From an uncultured Chloroflexia bacterium (GTDB lineage: Bacteria; Chloroflexota; Anaerolineae; Anaerolineales; UBA4823): a stretch of DNA of 64,000 nt. The stretch's first letter is position 1; every line of letters starts with the position of its first letter. The stretch lies in NCBI GenBank assembly GCA_963774935.1, contig CAVZGO010000007.1, positions 407,861 to 471,860 on the forward strand. The letters are read 5' to 3'. Positions 52,072 to 61,453 of this stretch are shown in pieces. Both the position numbers and the translations under genes were made by a program. The notes below the pieces were generated by a model, which was not told the origin of the DNA, searched no databases, and saw nothing but the letters and a program-made list of their open reading frames with translations.

Positions 52072-52566
52072 ATGTTTATCACAACCAGCATTTCCCAGCA
52101 AACCGGTATATTCGCAAGTGACCGAGCGGAACACAATAACTACAATGCAAAGAGCCAGGCGAGCTCAATTTTCCAAGGAATCCTGGCAAAGGCTGCAATG
52201 GTACGCTGGATCTCCCGCCTGACCGGGCGTTCTAATCGCCTGATGGATCTGAGTGAGCTTCAGACCGCACATATCGTAAGCACCCGCCACTATGCTGGTA
52301 TCCAGTCTGTACAGATCCACCAGATCCGTGGCACTGAAGGACGCAGCAACGATTTTGACAACAGCTTCCGACCATTGAGCGAGAGAGCTCGCGATCGCTG
52401 GTCAAGCATCTTCGTCGCACGTCTGAACGGCACGGCAATGCCAGCCGTAGACCTGATCCAGGTAGGCGAGCGCTACTTCGTCCGTGATGGGCACCATCGA
52501 ATATCTGTGGCACAGGCTTTTGGCGAACAGGCAATCGATGCGCATGTGACTGTCTGGGGTTTCTAG
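52072..52566 (+). CDS. ParB/Srx-fold (ParB-like nuclease domain) protein, 164 aa
   Basis: The C-terminal half is VQIHQIRGTEGRSNDFDNSFRP...YFVRDGHHRISVAQAFG. The DGHHR motif is typical of ParB-N/sulfiredoxin-fold proteins. Confidence 0.55.
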   Translation: MFITTSISQQTGIFASDRAEHNNYNAKSQASSIFQGILAKAAMVRWISRLTGRSNRLMDLSELQTAHIVSTRHYAGIQSVQIHQIRGTEGRSNDFDNSFRPLSERARDRWSSIFVARLNGTAMPAVDLIQVGERYFVRDGHHRISVAQAFGEQAIDAHVTVWGF

Positions 52567-52702
52567 TGTGTTCTGCCTTGAGGAGTAACTCAAGACTTCG
52601 AAATGAGCCAGGTAAAAACCACCTGGCTCATTTCATTAAAAGGGTTAGTAGACTGACCTGATTTTAATAAGTGCAAATTTATGAGATGTTATACTATGCC
52701 AG

Positions 52703-53532
52703 ATGGATCGAATCTGTGAGGTACAGACCCTTGGGGTACTGCCATTTCCTCAAGCATACGAATACCAGGCACACCTCGCCAGGCAGATTGCCCAGGGTGA
52801 GCAGCCACCCACATTGCTGCTCTTGGAACATCCACATACATATACCTTTGGGCGGCGCGGCCAACCAGAAAATCTGCTCTGGAATTCAGATGAGCTGGAA
52901 CAACGTGACGTTCAGGTGGTTTGGACTGACCGCGGCGGTGATGTGACCTATCACGGACCCGGGCAGCTGGTCGGCTACCCGCTGATACCGCTGGCAAGAA
53001 TTAACTCCAAGAATGGAACAGATCAAATAAGCAGCCTCATCAACCAGCGCGCCGTATGCAGAATTATGTTGGCTACCTGCGCCAGTTGGAGCAGACGCTG
53101 ATCATCGCCCTGGAACGGTTTAATGTCCGGGCTTGCCAATTACCAGGATTGACGGGTGTATGGGTCAACCACCCATTTTTTATTCAGACATCAAGCCAGC
53201 TTCGCCCTGATCATAAAAACCATGCCAAGATTGCATCGATCGGTGTAAAAATTGATGCTCTGGGTGTTACCCGGCATGGTTTTGCCATGAATGTCAATCC
53301 TGATATGAGCTACTGGCGCGGCATCGTCGCCTGTGGAATAGCTGGCTGCCAGATGGTCAGCCTTGCCGAGATACTGGAACCCCCTCCCACCTTGACCCAG
53401 GTCAGCCAGTCGATAATAACTGCTTTTAGCGAGATATTTGGTTATACAATGGTAGAATCCATGCCACAAGGAGAGAAGAATGTCCCAACCAGCATACCAG
53501 TTGGTGATGCGCGCCGGTCCTACCCCGGATAA
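52703..53532 (+). CDS. lipB: Octanoyltransferase LipB, split by an apparent 1-nt deletion near 53045-53056
   Basis: Frame 1 reads LLLLEHPHTYTFGRRG...DRGGDVTYHGPGQLVGYPLIPL. Frame 2 reads YVGYLRQLEQTLIIALERFNV...LTGVWV...KIASIGVKIDALGVTRHGFAMNVNPDMSYWRGIVACG. Together these make a complete LipB. Confidence 0.85.
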
Positions 53533-54220
53533 GGCAATCGAGCTCAACCAGGATCGGATGACGATTGGCCGCGATGCCACCAACGAAATTGTTATCAATG
53601 ATCCTGAAGTTTCTCGCCAGCACGCACGTTTGACTGCCCAAATCGGCGGTTATATTCTGGAAGACCTCGGTTCTACCAACGGCACCTTTGTCGATGGCGA
53701 GAAATTGATTGGCCCCCACCTGCTCAAACCGGGTGAAACCGTCCAGTTGGGCGGCAATGTTATCCTGTCATTCCAGGCAGTTCAGTTTGATCCAGACGCC
53801 ACGATCGTTTCGTCATACGGATTGCCGGCATATCCGCCACAAGCCAGCCCAGGCGTGTACCCAGCCGGGCCTGCTGCTCAGAGCCCCCAACAGGTTCAAC
53901 CTTTCCCACAAGCTGTTCCCGCACAACCACAACCGGTTCCATATCAGGTTTACCCCGTCGCCCCGCCACCAGCGGCAGTGCAGACCCCTCCAACATACTA
54001 TGCCGGGCAGATCCCTCAAAATCCAGACGAAGCCGCGATAGATGAAGTTGAAGAAGAAGTACAACCCAGGCGTTCCAAAACCTGGATTTGGGTCGCAGGC
54101 GGTTGTTTGCTGGTTTTTCTTTGCGTATGCGTTGCCGCGACATACCTTTTTGATTATCTTAACTTGTATTGTTTTCCGCCGTTCGATAACCTCTTTAGCT
54201 GGTTGTATACCTGCCCATAA
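53480..54220 (+). CDS. FHA-domain protein with Pro-rich linker and C-terminal TM anchor
   Basis: The FHA core is MTIGRDATNEIVINDPEVSRQHARLTAQIGGYILEDLGSTNGTFVDGEKL. The PQ-rich region is AVPAQPQPVPYQVYPVAPPPAAVQTPP. The TM helix is TWIWVAGGCLLVFLCVCVAATYLF. Confidence 0.85.
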   Translation: MSQPAYQLVMRAGPTPDKAIELNQDRMTIGRDATNEIVINDPEVSRQHARLTAQIGGYILEDLGSTNGTFVDGEKLIGPHLLKPGETVQLGGNVILSFQAVQFDPDATIVSSYGLPAYPPQASPGVYPAGPAAQSPQQVQPFPQAVPAQPQPVPYQVYPVAPPPAAVQTPPTYYAGQIPQNPDEAAIDEVEEEVQPRRSKTWIWVAGGCLLVFLCVCVAATYLFDYLNLYCFPPFDNLFSWLYTCP

Positions 54221-54294
54221 TTGATATTTTGCATTGAGAAAACAATGAGCCGGCGGAACACAACTCCGCCGGCTCATTTTAGTGATTCAACCGA

Positions 54295-55947
54295 TTATTC
54301 CGCATTCGGCAGCCAGGCTCGGTTTTGTTGCAGAACTTCAAGAACAGCATTGACAGCATCGAGCAGGAATTCCATGCGGGCATAATTCCCTTCACTCATG
54401 GCATTGTTCGCAGAAACCAGCAACATTTCAAGTGCCACGTTTTCAGCGTTAGAAGGATGGCGCAGGTAGTCTGCTACAATCTCCCTCTGGCGCATTTCAT
54501 TTCCGTTCAACAACCAGGCGGTCAGGAAATAAGCGGAAGGGTCCAGCATTTCCTGGTAGCGCCGCACGGTATCATAATAATAAACAGATAGCCGCACATC
54601 ATCGACCAATTGGGGTGTGAGCGGCATTTGCCGTAGCGCCTCAACGAAGTTATCTTCCAATTCGTTGAAAGTGAGACCAAAATGCTTCTGTAAAGCCGCA
54701 TCGATAGCCGCCGCCTGGCTGTCTGTACCTTCCACTGGAGTAATATCACGATAAAAACTGGAAAAATCATCCCAGCCCCAGGTTTCCACCATGAATTCCA
54801 CCAGAGCTCCAGCCTGTAAATAGCCAATTTCGTGCTGAGCCGGGTAAAAGTCATCTGCAAGCTGTTGTAAGGGTATCCATCGTCCGAGCCCACATCCGGG
54901 AGTTGAGGGTGTTTCAGTGGCTGTTACGCCACCTGGCGCAGGCTGCTCGCAATTTTCAGCCGGCGAAAGCAGTCCCGCGGCGCGTTCCATCAACGGTTCA
55001 AGCTTGAAGTGTCCACCTGTCAGGTAAACAGCCAATCCTTCCACCAGCAGGGTAGGTCGCAGGTTGCCCTCAAGGCGCCCGTCCAGCAGGTGAACCATTT
55101 CATGCTGCAGGACCACTTGAGAGGCGCTGCCGGCATAATTTCGGTCCAGATAAGAAACCGTGATCTCACCCGCGGTGAAACCTCCATGCCCTAAAACTCT
55201 GGGTATAAACGCCAGGTCTACCTTTTCCTGGATTTCGGTACCCAATTGCTCACTCACATGCTGGGCGACCTCATCAGCCGTGCTCTGAAGCTGCTGGATG
55301 TCCCGCTCCGCTTCGGTACCAGTGATGTAATGAATCCGGCAGCATTCACTCTCCACCACAACCCATTGCGCCTCTGGCTCAGGTGGGAGCACCGCTTCGG
55401 AGGGCAGCAATTCCACAGTTTCCTGCCAGGATTTGCCCAGTGGTTCGACCTGAAATGTCAGGGTGTGCTCTCCGGCAGGCAACCCGGATGTATCCCATAT
55501 CCAAATGAAAGTCGCTTGTAATCGATGCCCTAAACCGAATTCGGCAAACGGAGAAGTTTCCGTTTGCAGCGTACCTTGAGCGGTTGGAACTTCTATCTTT
55601 ACCGCCTGGGCTTCGTCCTGCGTTCCTGCTGGAGCGATGACTTCGATGCTGACCTGATCGCCCACATACAACGGACCATCCGGGTGATACCGCACAGAAA
55701 AGTCATCCGTTGTAATCCAGACGGTTGGCGTGACGACAACGGTTTCCTCTATCTGGTATGGAGATGGGCTGGGGGCTAGTGTGGGCTCGATGGTGGCTGT
55801 GCGGATTGCAGGCTGATTTGTTGGACTGGCGCTTGGCTGGGTTGTGACAGGAGAAGGCGTAGCCTGTGAAGGAATCTGAAATGGTAATACGCCACAACCT
55901 GTCAACATCGACAGGATCACCAGGACTGGCAGCAGAGTTCGAGTCAT
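54295..55947 (-). CDS. Lipoprotein with an HExxH zinc-metallopeptidase-like motif
   Basis: MTRTLLPVLVILSMLTGC has a lipobox, and the HExxH motif lies in VVLQHEMVHLLDG. I recognise no other family signature. The track start at 55998 is possible. Confidence 0.55.
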   Translation of the reverse strand: MTRTLLPVLVILSMLTGCGVLPFQIPSQATPSPVTTQPSASPTNQPAIRTATIEPTLAPSPSPYQIEETVVVTPTVWITTDDFSVRYHPDGPLYVGDQVSIEVIAPAGTQDEAQAVKIEVPTAQGTLQTETSPFAEFGLGHRLQATFIWIWDTSGLPAGEHTLTFQVEPLGKSWQETVELLPSEAVLPPEPEAQWVVVESECCRIHYITGTEAERDIQQLQSTADEVAQHVSEQLGTEIQEKVDLAFIPRVLGHGGFTAGEITVSYLDRNYAGSASQVVLQHEMVHLLDGRLEGNLRPTLLVEGLAVYLTGGHFKLEPLMERAAGLLSPAENCEQPAPGGVTATETPSTPGCGLGRWIPLQQLADDFYPAQHEIGYLQAGALVEFMVETWGWDDFSSFYRDITPVEGTDSQAAAIDAALQKHFGLTFNELEDNFVEALRQMPLTPQLVDDVRLSVYYYDTVRRYQEMLDPSAYFLTAWLLNGNEMRQREIVADYLRHPSNAENVALEMLLVSANNAMSEGNYARMEFLLDAVNAVLEVLQQNRAWLPNAE

Positions 55948-56126
55948 TTGGAAATAACGGACAGAATGCGATCGTGAGGTGGCTGGGACAAGGTTCATAG
56001 AGAATATTATAGCAGCGCCTTTCTTTACTTAAGAAACCCTAAGATAGCTCATCCTGTTAAGCGAAGACAGCAGCGGGATCAAGCTGGTACAATTGATTGT
56101 CAAGTTACTTATTTCTGGAGGTATTT

Positions 56127-57203
56127 ATGCCGCGCATGTTTGTTCCTGGACCGGTCGATGTGGCTGACGAAGTATTGGCTGCCCAGACTTTACCCATGCT
56201 GCCCCACCGCAGCAAAGAGTTCGAAACCATATTTCAACGTGCATCCGAGAAAGCACGCGCCCTTTTTTACACCCAATTCCGAGTCTTCCTGGTCACCGCC
56301 TCTGGAACAGGACTGCACGAGGCTGCCGTGCGGAATTTCGCAAATCAGGATGTCCTGGCGTGCGTCAACGGTGCGTTTGCCAACCGGTGGTATGAGGTGG
56401 CTGTATCGAATGGAAAGGCGACAGATAAACTGGAAACACCCTGGAATGAACCGATTACTCCAGAGCTGGTGTCACGGGCGCTCAAGCAGCGCCATTATGA
56501 GATGATTACTATCGTCCATAACGAAACATCCACTGGGCTGCAAAATCCAATAGCAGAAATCGCTGCTGTAGTCCATGAGACCAGCCCCGATACATTGATC
56601 TGCGTGGATGCAGTTTCCTCATTGGGTGGCGCCAGGCTGGAGATGGATGCCTGGGGATTAGATATGGTGCTTACATCGTCGCAAAAGTGCCTGGGCTTAC
56701 CACCGGGTTTAGCTCTGGCGGCTGTTTCTGATCGTGCCATGGCGTATGCTGAACAGGTGCTGAATCGCGGCTGGTATTTCGACCTGGTGCGTATGGAAAA
56801 ACACCGCTTGAAAGACTCCACCCCTGCAACGCCGGCTTTATCTCTCATCTATGCGTTGGATGTTCAATTGGACCGAATATTTGCTGAAGGAATGGATCGG
56901 CGTTTTGCTCGGCATTCCGCAATGGCAGAACGAGTACAGACCTGGGTATTGGAACACGGATTGAAATTATACGCCCCCCCTGGTTATCGCTCACAAACGG
57001 TAACTACGATCGATAACCATCTCAATCTTGATGTAGGGGAGATGAATAAATATCTATCAACCCAGGGGATGCGAATTGCTAACGGGTATGGGATTTTGAA
57101 AGGGAAAACCTTTCGGATTGCTCACATGGCTGAAACCAGCATGCAGGACATAGATGATCTGCTCGTGGCTTTGGATGAATATTTGAACGGAAGGAACACC
57201 TGA
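56127..57203 (+). CDS. Class V aminotransferase (serine-pyruvate / alanine-glyoxylate aminotransferase family)
   Basis: The ATG at 56127 follows the SD ggagg. The sequence reads MPRMFVPGPVDVADEVLAA...; ...CVDAVSSLGG...TSSQKCLGLPPGLA contains the PLP-Lys. Confidence 0.8.
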   Translation: MPRMFVPGPVDVADEVLAAQTLPMLPHRSKEFETIFQRASEKARALFYTQFRVFLVTASGTGLHEAAVRNFANQDVLACVNGAFANRWYEVAVSNGKATDKLETPWNEPITPELVSRALKQRHYEMITIVHNETSTGLQNPIAEIAAVVHETSPDTLICVDAVSSLGGARLEMDAWGLDMVLTSSQKCLGLPPGLALAAVSDRAMAYAEQVLNRGWYFDLVRMEKHRLKDSTPATPALSLIYALDVQLDRIFAEGMDRRFARHSAMAERVQTWVLEHGLKLYAPPGYRSQTVTTIDNHLNLDVGEMNKYLSTQGMRIANGYGILKGKTFRIAHMAETSMQDIDDLLVALDEYLNGRNT

Positions 57204-57206
57204 TCC

Positions 57207-58433
57207 TTGGAGCATGTCGTCAGACTGACAAATTATATCTTCGGTGGGGATTGCCTGGGAAGGCTGCCGGATGGACGGGCAGTCTTCGTTCCATTTACAA
57301 TTCCAGGAGAATTAGTCCGCATCCAGTTGGTGGAAGAAAAACGCAGCTATTGCCGTGCGGCGGTCCTTGAGATAATTGAGCCATCACCGCAACGAATAAA
57401 TCCGCTCTGCAGCCATTTTGGAGAATGTGGTGGTTGCCAGTACCAGCATATCCCGTATACTGAGCAGTTAGCCTTGAAAACATCGATCCTCAGGGATCAG
57501 CTCGAAAGGGTAGGAGGATTAAAAGAGGTATGCGTTCTACCATGCGTTGCTGCTCCTGAGCCTTTTCATTATCGCAATTATGTACAATTTCACCAGACAC
57601 CAACAGGGCAGTTAGGTTATTTTAAGGCAAATCCGCATGAGGTGTTTCCGGTAAGGGAGTGTTTCCTGCTGGAAAAGGCGCTTGGTGAGTTGTGGCCGCT
57701 TCTTTCATTCGATGAATCTCAAGATTTTGAGCGAGTATCCCTACGCAAGGGGGCTGGAGATGATATCCAAATCATCCTGGAAGGAACCGAGCCTACCGCT
57801 CCAGAATTACTGGTGGAAGATTTACCGGTCTCGGTAGTATATAGGTTCGATGAGCAAGCTACGGTCTTGGCGGGGAGTGAGTTTACTACGCATGAGATAA
57901 ACGGAAATGTGTTTCTGGTATCCTCGGGCTCATTTTTTCAAGTTAACTCGATGGTCGCCGCCAGGATGGTTGAAAAATTACTTGCATCGTTGCGCTTAAA
58001 TGCGATTTCGAACGTGCTTGATGTATATTGTGGAGTAGGATTATTTAGCAAGTTTATCGCACCGGTTGTGGATCGGGTCGTGGGTGTCGAATCCTCGCCA
58101 GATGCTTGCAGTGATTTTGCGGTCAACCTGGATGAATTTGAGAATGTAGAGCTGTACCAGGCGCAGGCAGAGCAGGTATTGCCGTTATTAAAATATAAAC
58201 CAGATGTCGTTATCCTTGATCCGCCGCGGTCCGGTATAGGACGAAGAGCAATGGATGGTTTGTTGCAGCTTTCGCCTGCAACCGTCGCATACGTATCATG
58301 TGATCCTGCTACGCTGGCTCGGGATGCGCGCAAGTTGATAGATGGGGGTTATTCACTCATGGAGGTGACGCCATTCGATATGTTTCCGCAGACATCCCAT
58401 GTAGAGAGCGTCTCTCTCTGGATAAAAGATTAA
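57207..58433 (+). CDS. TRAM-domain 23S rRNA (uracil-C5)-methyltransferase, RlmD/RumA family
   Basis: TRAM strands are present. The Fe-S Cys cluster is CSHFGECGGCQYQH, the SAM motif is VLDVYCGVGLFS, and further motifs are ILDPPRSG and SCDPATLARD. The gene uses a TTG start. Confidence 0.85.
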   Translation: MEHVVRLTNYIFGGDCLGRLPDGRAVFVPFTIPGELVRIQLVEEKRSYCRAAVLEIIEPSPQRINPLCSHFGECGGCQYQHIPYTEQLALKTSILRDQLERVGGLKEVCVLPCVAAPEPFHYRNYVQFHQTPTGQLGYFKANPHEVFPVRECFLLEKALGELWPLLSFDESQDFERVSLRKGAGDDIQIILEGTEPTAPELLVEDLPVSVVYRFDEQATVLAGSEFTTHEINGNVFLVSSGSFFQVNSMVAARMVEKLLASLRLNAISNVLDVYCGVGLFSKFIAPVVDRVVGVESSPDACSDFAVNLDEFENVELYQAQAEQVLPLLKYKPDVVILDPPRSGIGRRAMDGLLQLSPATVAYVSCDPATLARDARKLIDGGYSLMEVTPFDMFPQTSHVESVSLWIKD

Positions 58434-58454
58434 TATAAATTAATCTTTTGCCTC

Positions 58455-58498
58455 TTGACTCGTGGAACATATCCCTTATAATAGAACATAAGTTCTAT
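58455..58498 (+). promoter_or_regulatory. Near-consensus sigma70-type promoter overlapped by a GAAC-N4-GTTC (LexA/Cheo-box-like) palindrome
   Basis: The promoter is TTGACT (58455-60)-16 nt-TATAAT (58477-82). The perfect palindrome ATAGAAC-ATAA-GTTCTAT (58481-58498) starts inside the -10, and the ATG is at 58512. Confidence 0.55.
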
Positions 58499-58511
58499 TT
58501 GGAGGTGAAAT

Positions 58512-59582
58512 ATGGCATCCAGAGTACAAGCACCCATTGGTAATTACCGACGATCTTTAATTTTAACTACCACAGAGACCTTTCTGGCGAAAGTTGCTCA
58601 TAAAGCACATCATCAGATCAGTCAAATCGAACAATTGCTGCAACAAAGATCGCCTAAATCCAGACCGACTGCCCAACGTGAGAAACGACCATCTGAGATC
58701 AGTACGATTGCCGCTTACAACGACAACATTACGACGTTAGAATTCGACGATCTCCCTCCCAATTCTTTACTACTTGGTATATGCGATGACGGTCTACCAT
58801 TACGCTTGGATTTGGATAATCCGGTCGCTGGATCCATTCTCGTTTCTGGTGATCCCGGTAGCGGAAAGACACAATTACTCCAGGGTATATTGACATCAAT
58901 CCTAGCTTTTGAACCAATCAAGGAATTGACCATCTCCATCATTGCCCACGACCCTCAGGAATACAATCAGATAACACAAACGCAGTATTGTCAGGATGTT
59001 AGCAGCCTGGTGCATCGAAATGCAAGGATGATCATTCGAACTTTGATGCTCGATGCTGAACAGCGTCGCAGCGAACCTGCTGGACCGATTAGATTACTTG
59101 TAATCGATGACCTGGCACGATTGCTTCAATCCGTCGACGACGAAACATTCGGATACCTGTACCGGTTAATCAAGCATGGCCCCCGGTACCATATATGGAC
59201 GATTGCATCCCTATCAACCAGATATGCAGAATACCTTGATCAGCGATTACTTGATGCATTCCGGACTCACATTTTGGGACACATAGACGACAAGAGAGTT
59301 GCTGAACTCCTGGGCAGGGATTCGGGTAAGCTTGTTCAAAGTCTCACTCCTCCTGACAATTTCATTGCCTCCCTTGGGATGGATTGGATATCCTTTATGA
59401 GCCCCAAGAATGCATTCGCCCAGGAATATCAAGAGGATGATCCTTCAGCCCCGAATTCCATCGATACTGTCGTGGAAGATACACCTGTTCCTATTATTAG
59501 CAGCAGCCCATCAGATGTGAAATCAGTTTCAGACCTGCCGGATCTGGAGTCACCATTTCTCAAGAAAGGAAATGTCAAATGA
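58512..59582 (+). CDS. P-loop NTPase of unknown function (FtsK/RecA-like core)
   Basis: Walker A is ILVSGDPGSGKTQLLQG and Walker B is RLLVIDDLARLL. The protein is 356 aa. Confidence 0.6.
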   Translation: MASRVQAPIGNYRRSLILTTTETFLAKVAHKAHHQISQIEQLLQQRSPKSRPTAQREKRPSEISTIAAYNDNITTLEFDDLPPNSLLLGICDDGLPLRLDLDNPVAGSILVSGDPGSGKTQLLQGILTSILAFEPIKELTISIIAHDPQEYNQITQTQYCQDVSSLVHRNARMIIRTLMLDAEQRRSEPAGPIRLLVIDDLARLLQSVDDETFGYLYRLIKHGPRYHIWTIASLSTRYAEYLDQRLLDAFRTHILGHIDDKRVAELLGRDSGKLVQSLTPPDNFIASLGMDWISFMSPKNAFAQEYQEDDPSAPNSIDTVVEDTPVPIISSSPSDVKSVSDLPDLESPFLKKGNVK

Positions 59583-59836
59583 ACGTCGGGATGCTGTGGT
59601 TCGATAACGATCCAAAAACAGCTCTGGTAGGCAAAATCGAACGTGCTGCAACTTATTACCGCTCAAAATACGGTTGCACACCTACGATCTGCTTTGTTCA
59701 TCCAAGCATGCTAGCTCAAAATACCAACGAGCAACGATCCGGAGATGGAACTCAAACCGACCCCATTGAAGTCAAACCAAACCGCTCAGTACTTCCCAAT
59801 CATTTTTGGCTAGGAGTCAATGCATCTGCGACTTAA
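59579..59836 (+). CDS. Small hypothetical protein (85 aa), translationally coupled to the ATPase gene
   Basis: Its start overlaps the upstream stop (ATGA), and an intrinsic terminator follows it. Confidence 0.5.
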   Translation: MNVGMLWFDNDPKTALVGKIERAATYYRSKYGCTPTICFVHPSMLAQNTNEQRSGDGTQTDPIEVKPNRSVLPNHFWLGVNASAT

Positions 59837-59872
59837 CGACATCAATCAATTCACTGTGTAAGATAACCAAAT

Positions 59873-59905
59873 AATCGGGTGGATTTGCAGTCTCCACCCG
59901 ATTTT
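59873..59905 (+). terminator. Intrinsic terminator of the 58512-59836 operon
   Basis: An 11-bp perfect stem aatcgggtgga / tccacccgatt with a 9-nt loop runs into tttt. Confidence 0.6.
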
Positions 59906-60016
59906 CTATCTCATACCTTACTAAAGTCCAAGATAAATAATTCCAATGCCAGGCGATCAGCCATATCACTTGTCTTAACCGCCTCGTCGAGTTCAACCAA
60001 TTGATGCATAACCTGA

Positions 60017-60904
60017 TCAAGCCGGTCGAAGTCTTAAATTCCTGGCTTGCTCGATCATTTTTTCCGCAACAAAAGGATGGATTTTCAGAATTTTTATTAC
60101 TTCATCAGATTTTCCACTACCATCCAGGATCTCTCTCACCTGAGATAACAATCGGAACTGACGAACGACCATAGAAAATATGAACTGAAATTCTTGCTGT
60201 TCACATAATCGTTGAAAAAGCGCTAATGCTTGTTTTGTATTTTGTTTCCCTAAGGCATCTACCAGAGCAAAGATATCTTCATCCGCTGTATTCGAGGTAA
60301 TATGCCGGACATCATCAACTTCAATCGTCCGCTTGTAATTGACATAGGCAAGTAGTTTCAGGATTTCCTGGTCAGCCTGGCGAGGTTCAGCGCCTGTCAT
60401 GGTTGCAAGGTATTTCGCTGCAGACGGTGTGATTTTTCCTCCATGGGATTTTACTCGCTCGATAATCCATGAGGTCAGATCCTTTGGAACCGAGTAACGC
60501 TCAACTTTTGCAAGAGGTTTCGCCGCCTCTGCCCATGCCTCCAACCAGTGAAACTCTCCTTTCCTCCGCTTCATCTCCGAGGTCAATTCTTGAAACTCAA
60601 CGAGAATTAGAACGGTGCTAGAAGGAACACCTTGAAGGTCCTTCTTGAAGGCCAATTCAGCACCTGTAGATATTCTCGCTAAGGGATTTTCCAGAATAAC
60701 TACTCTGCGATCTGCCAGGAACGGCATTGCCATTGTGATGGATTTTATCGTGTTCAGATCAGTGGTTTTCCCATCCAGACAAGTGACATTCATTGCAGCC
60801 AGTCCCGGATCACACAGACTGTCCTGCAGAGCCTTCACGCGTTGGGAGATTTCAAATTCATTTTCCCCAAAGATTAAGTATACATTCGGGGTTGATTCTG
60901 TCAC
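60017..60904 (-). CDS. holA: DNA polymerase III subunit delta
   Basis: VYLIFGENEFEISQRVKAL... is followed by the typical three-domain HolA layout (...ILVEFQELT..., ...LAYVNYKRTIEVDDVRHI...). The protein is 295 aa. Confidence 0.8.
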   Translation of the reverse strand: MTESTPNVYLIFGENEFEISQRVKALQDSLCDPGLAAMNVTCLDGKTTDLNTIKSITMAMPFLADRRVVILENPLARISTGAELAFKKDLQGVPSSTVLILVEFQELTSEMKRRKGEFHWLEAWAEAAKPLAKVERYSVPKDLTSWIIERVKSHGGKITPSAAKYLATMTGAEPRQADQEILKLLAYVNYKRTIEVDDVRHITSNTADEDIFALVDALGKQNTKQALALFQRLCEQQEFQFIFSMVVRQFRLLSQVREILDGSGKSDEVIKILKIHPFVAEKMIEQARNLRLRPA

Positions 60905-61446
60905 ATCGGAAACCGGGTGACCACCCTGTGGGCAGTCACTCGCCCTCGCTGCTCTTTGCGAATATCCACAATTTGAAGATTACCCGGATCACCTGAAGTG
61001 GTAACACGCGCTTGCAGCACTGGTCCCAATGGTCTCGCCAGGATCAGCGCCAGTGAAACAAGGCTGATCGCCAGGGGAAGGCGATCTAGTTTTTCCCGGA
61101 ACCGGTTATTCGTACCCTGTGTTGCCAGCACGCCAGCCAGCCCAGCCAATACACTGGAAGCTACCAGGTTTGTGCCGCAATTCGGATGAATGGCCAGCCC
61201 TGCTTCGCCACTACGTAGCCGTTGTAAGGCTTCCATTACCGCCTGAGAAAGATCGTCTGTCTCGATCTCACCGACGATCCAAAACCCTCCTGGATCAGAA
61301 TGTCCCGCCAGACGGCGGCGCGGAAATCGCCGGGTGAGCATGTGCAGGGTAGCATGTTCTAGACCATGGTTTCTGCGCGTTTTCAGTATAAAGGAGGGCT
61401 GCAGCTTATCATTAGGGATTAAAGATGATGTGTCCATGAGACTCAT
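60901..61446 (-). CDS. Conserved hypothetical membrane-associated protein
   Basis: The sequence NHGLEHATLHML...AIHPNCGTNLVASSVLAGLAGVLA has two hydrophobic segments. I prefer the ATG at 61446 to 61482, which overlaps the upstream gene. Confidence 0.5.
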   Translation of the reverse strand: MSLMDTSSLIPNDKLQPSFILKTRRNHGLEHATLHMLTRRFPRRRLAGHSDPGGFWIVGEIETDDLSQAVMEALQRLRSGEAGLAIHPNCGTNLVASSVLAGLAGVLATQGTNNRFREKLDRLPLAISLVSLALILARPLGPVLQARVTTSGDPGNLQIVDIRKEQRGRVTAHRVVTRFPM

Positions 61447-61453
61447 TTTACCA

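Noticed and set aside
59817-60020. 67-aa minus-strand ORF between the small gene and holA
   Set aside because: It spans the intrinsic terminator hairpin and the intergenic region. It has no SD and an AT-rich, low-information sequence.
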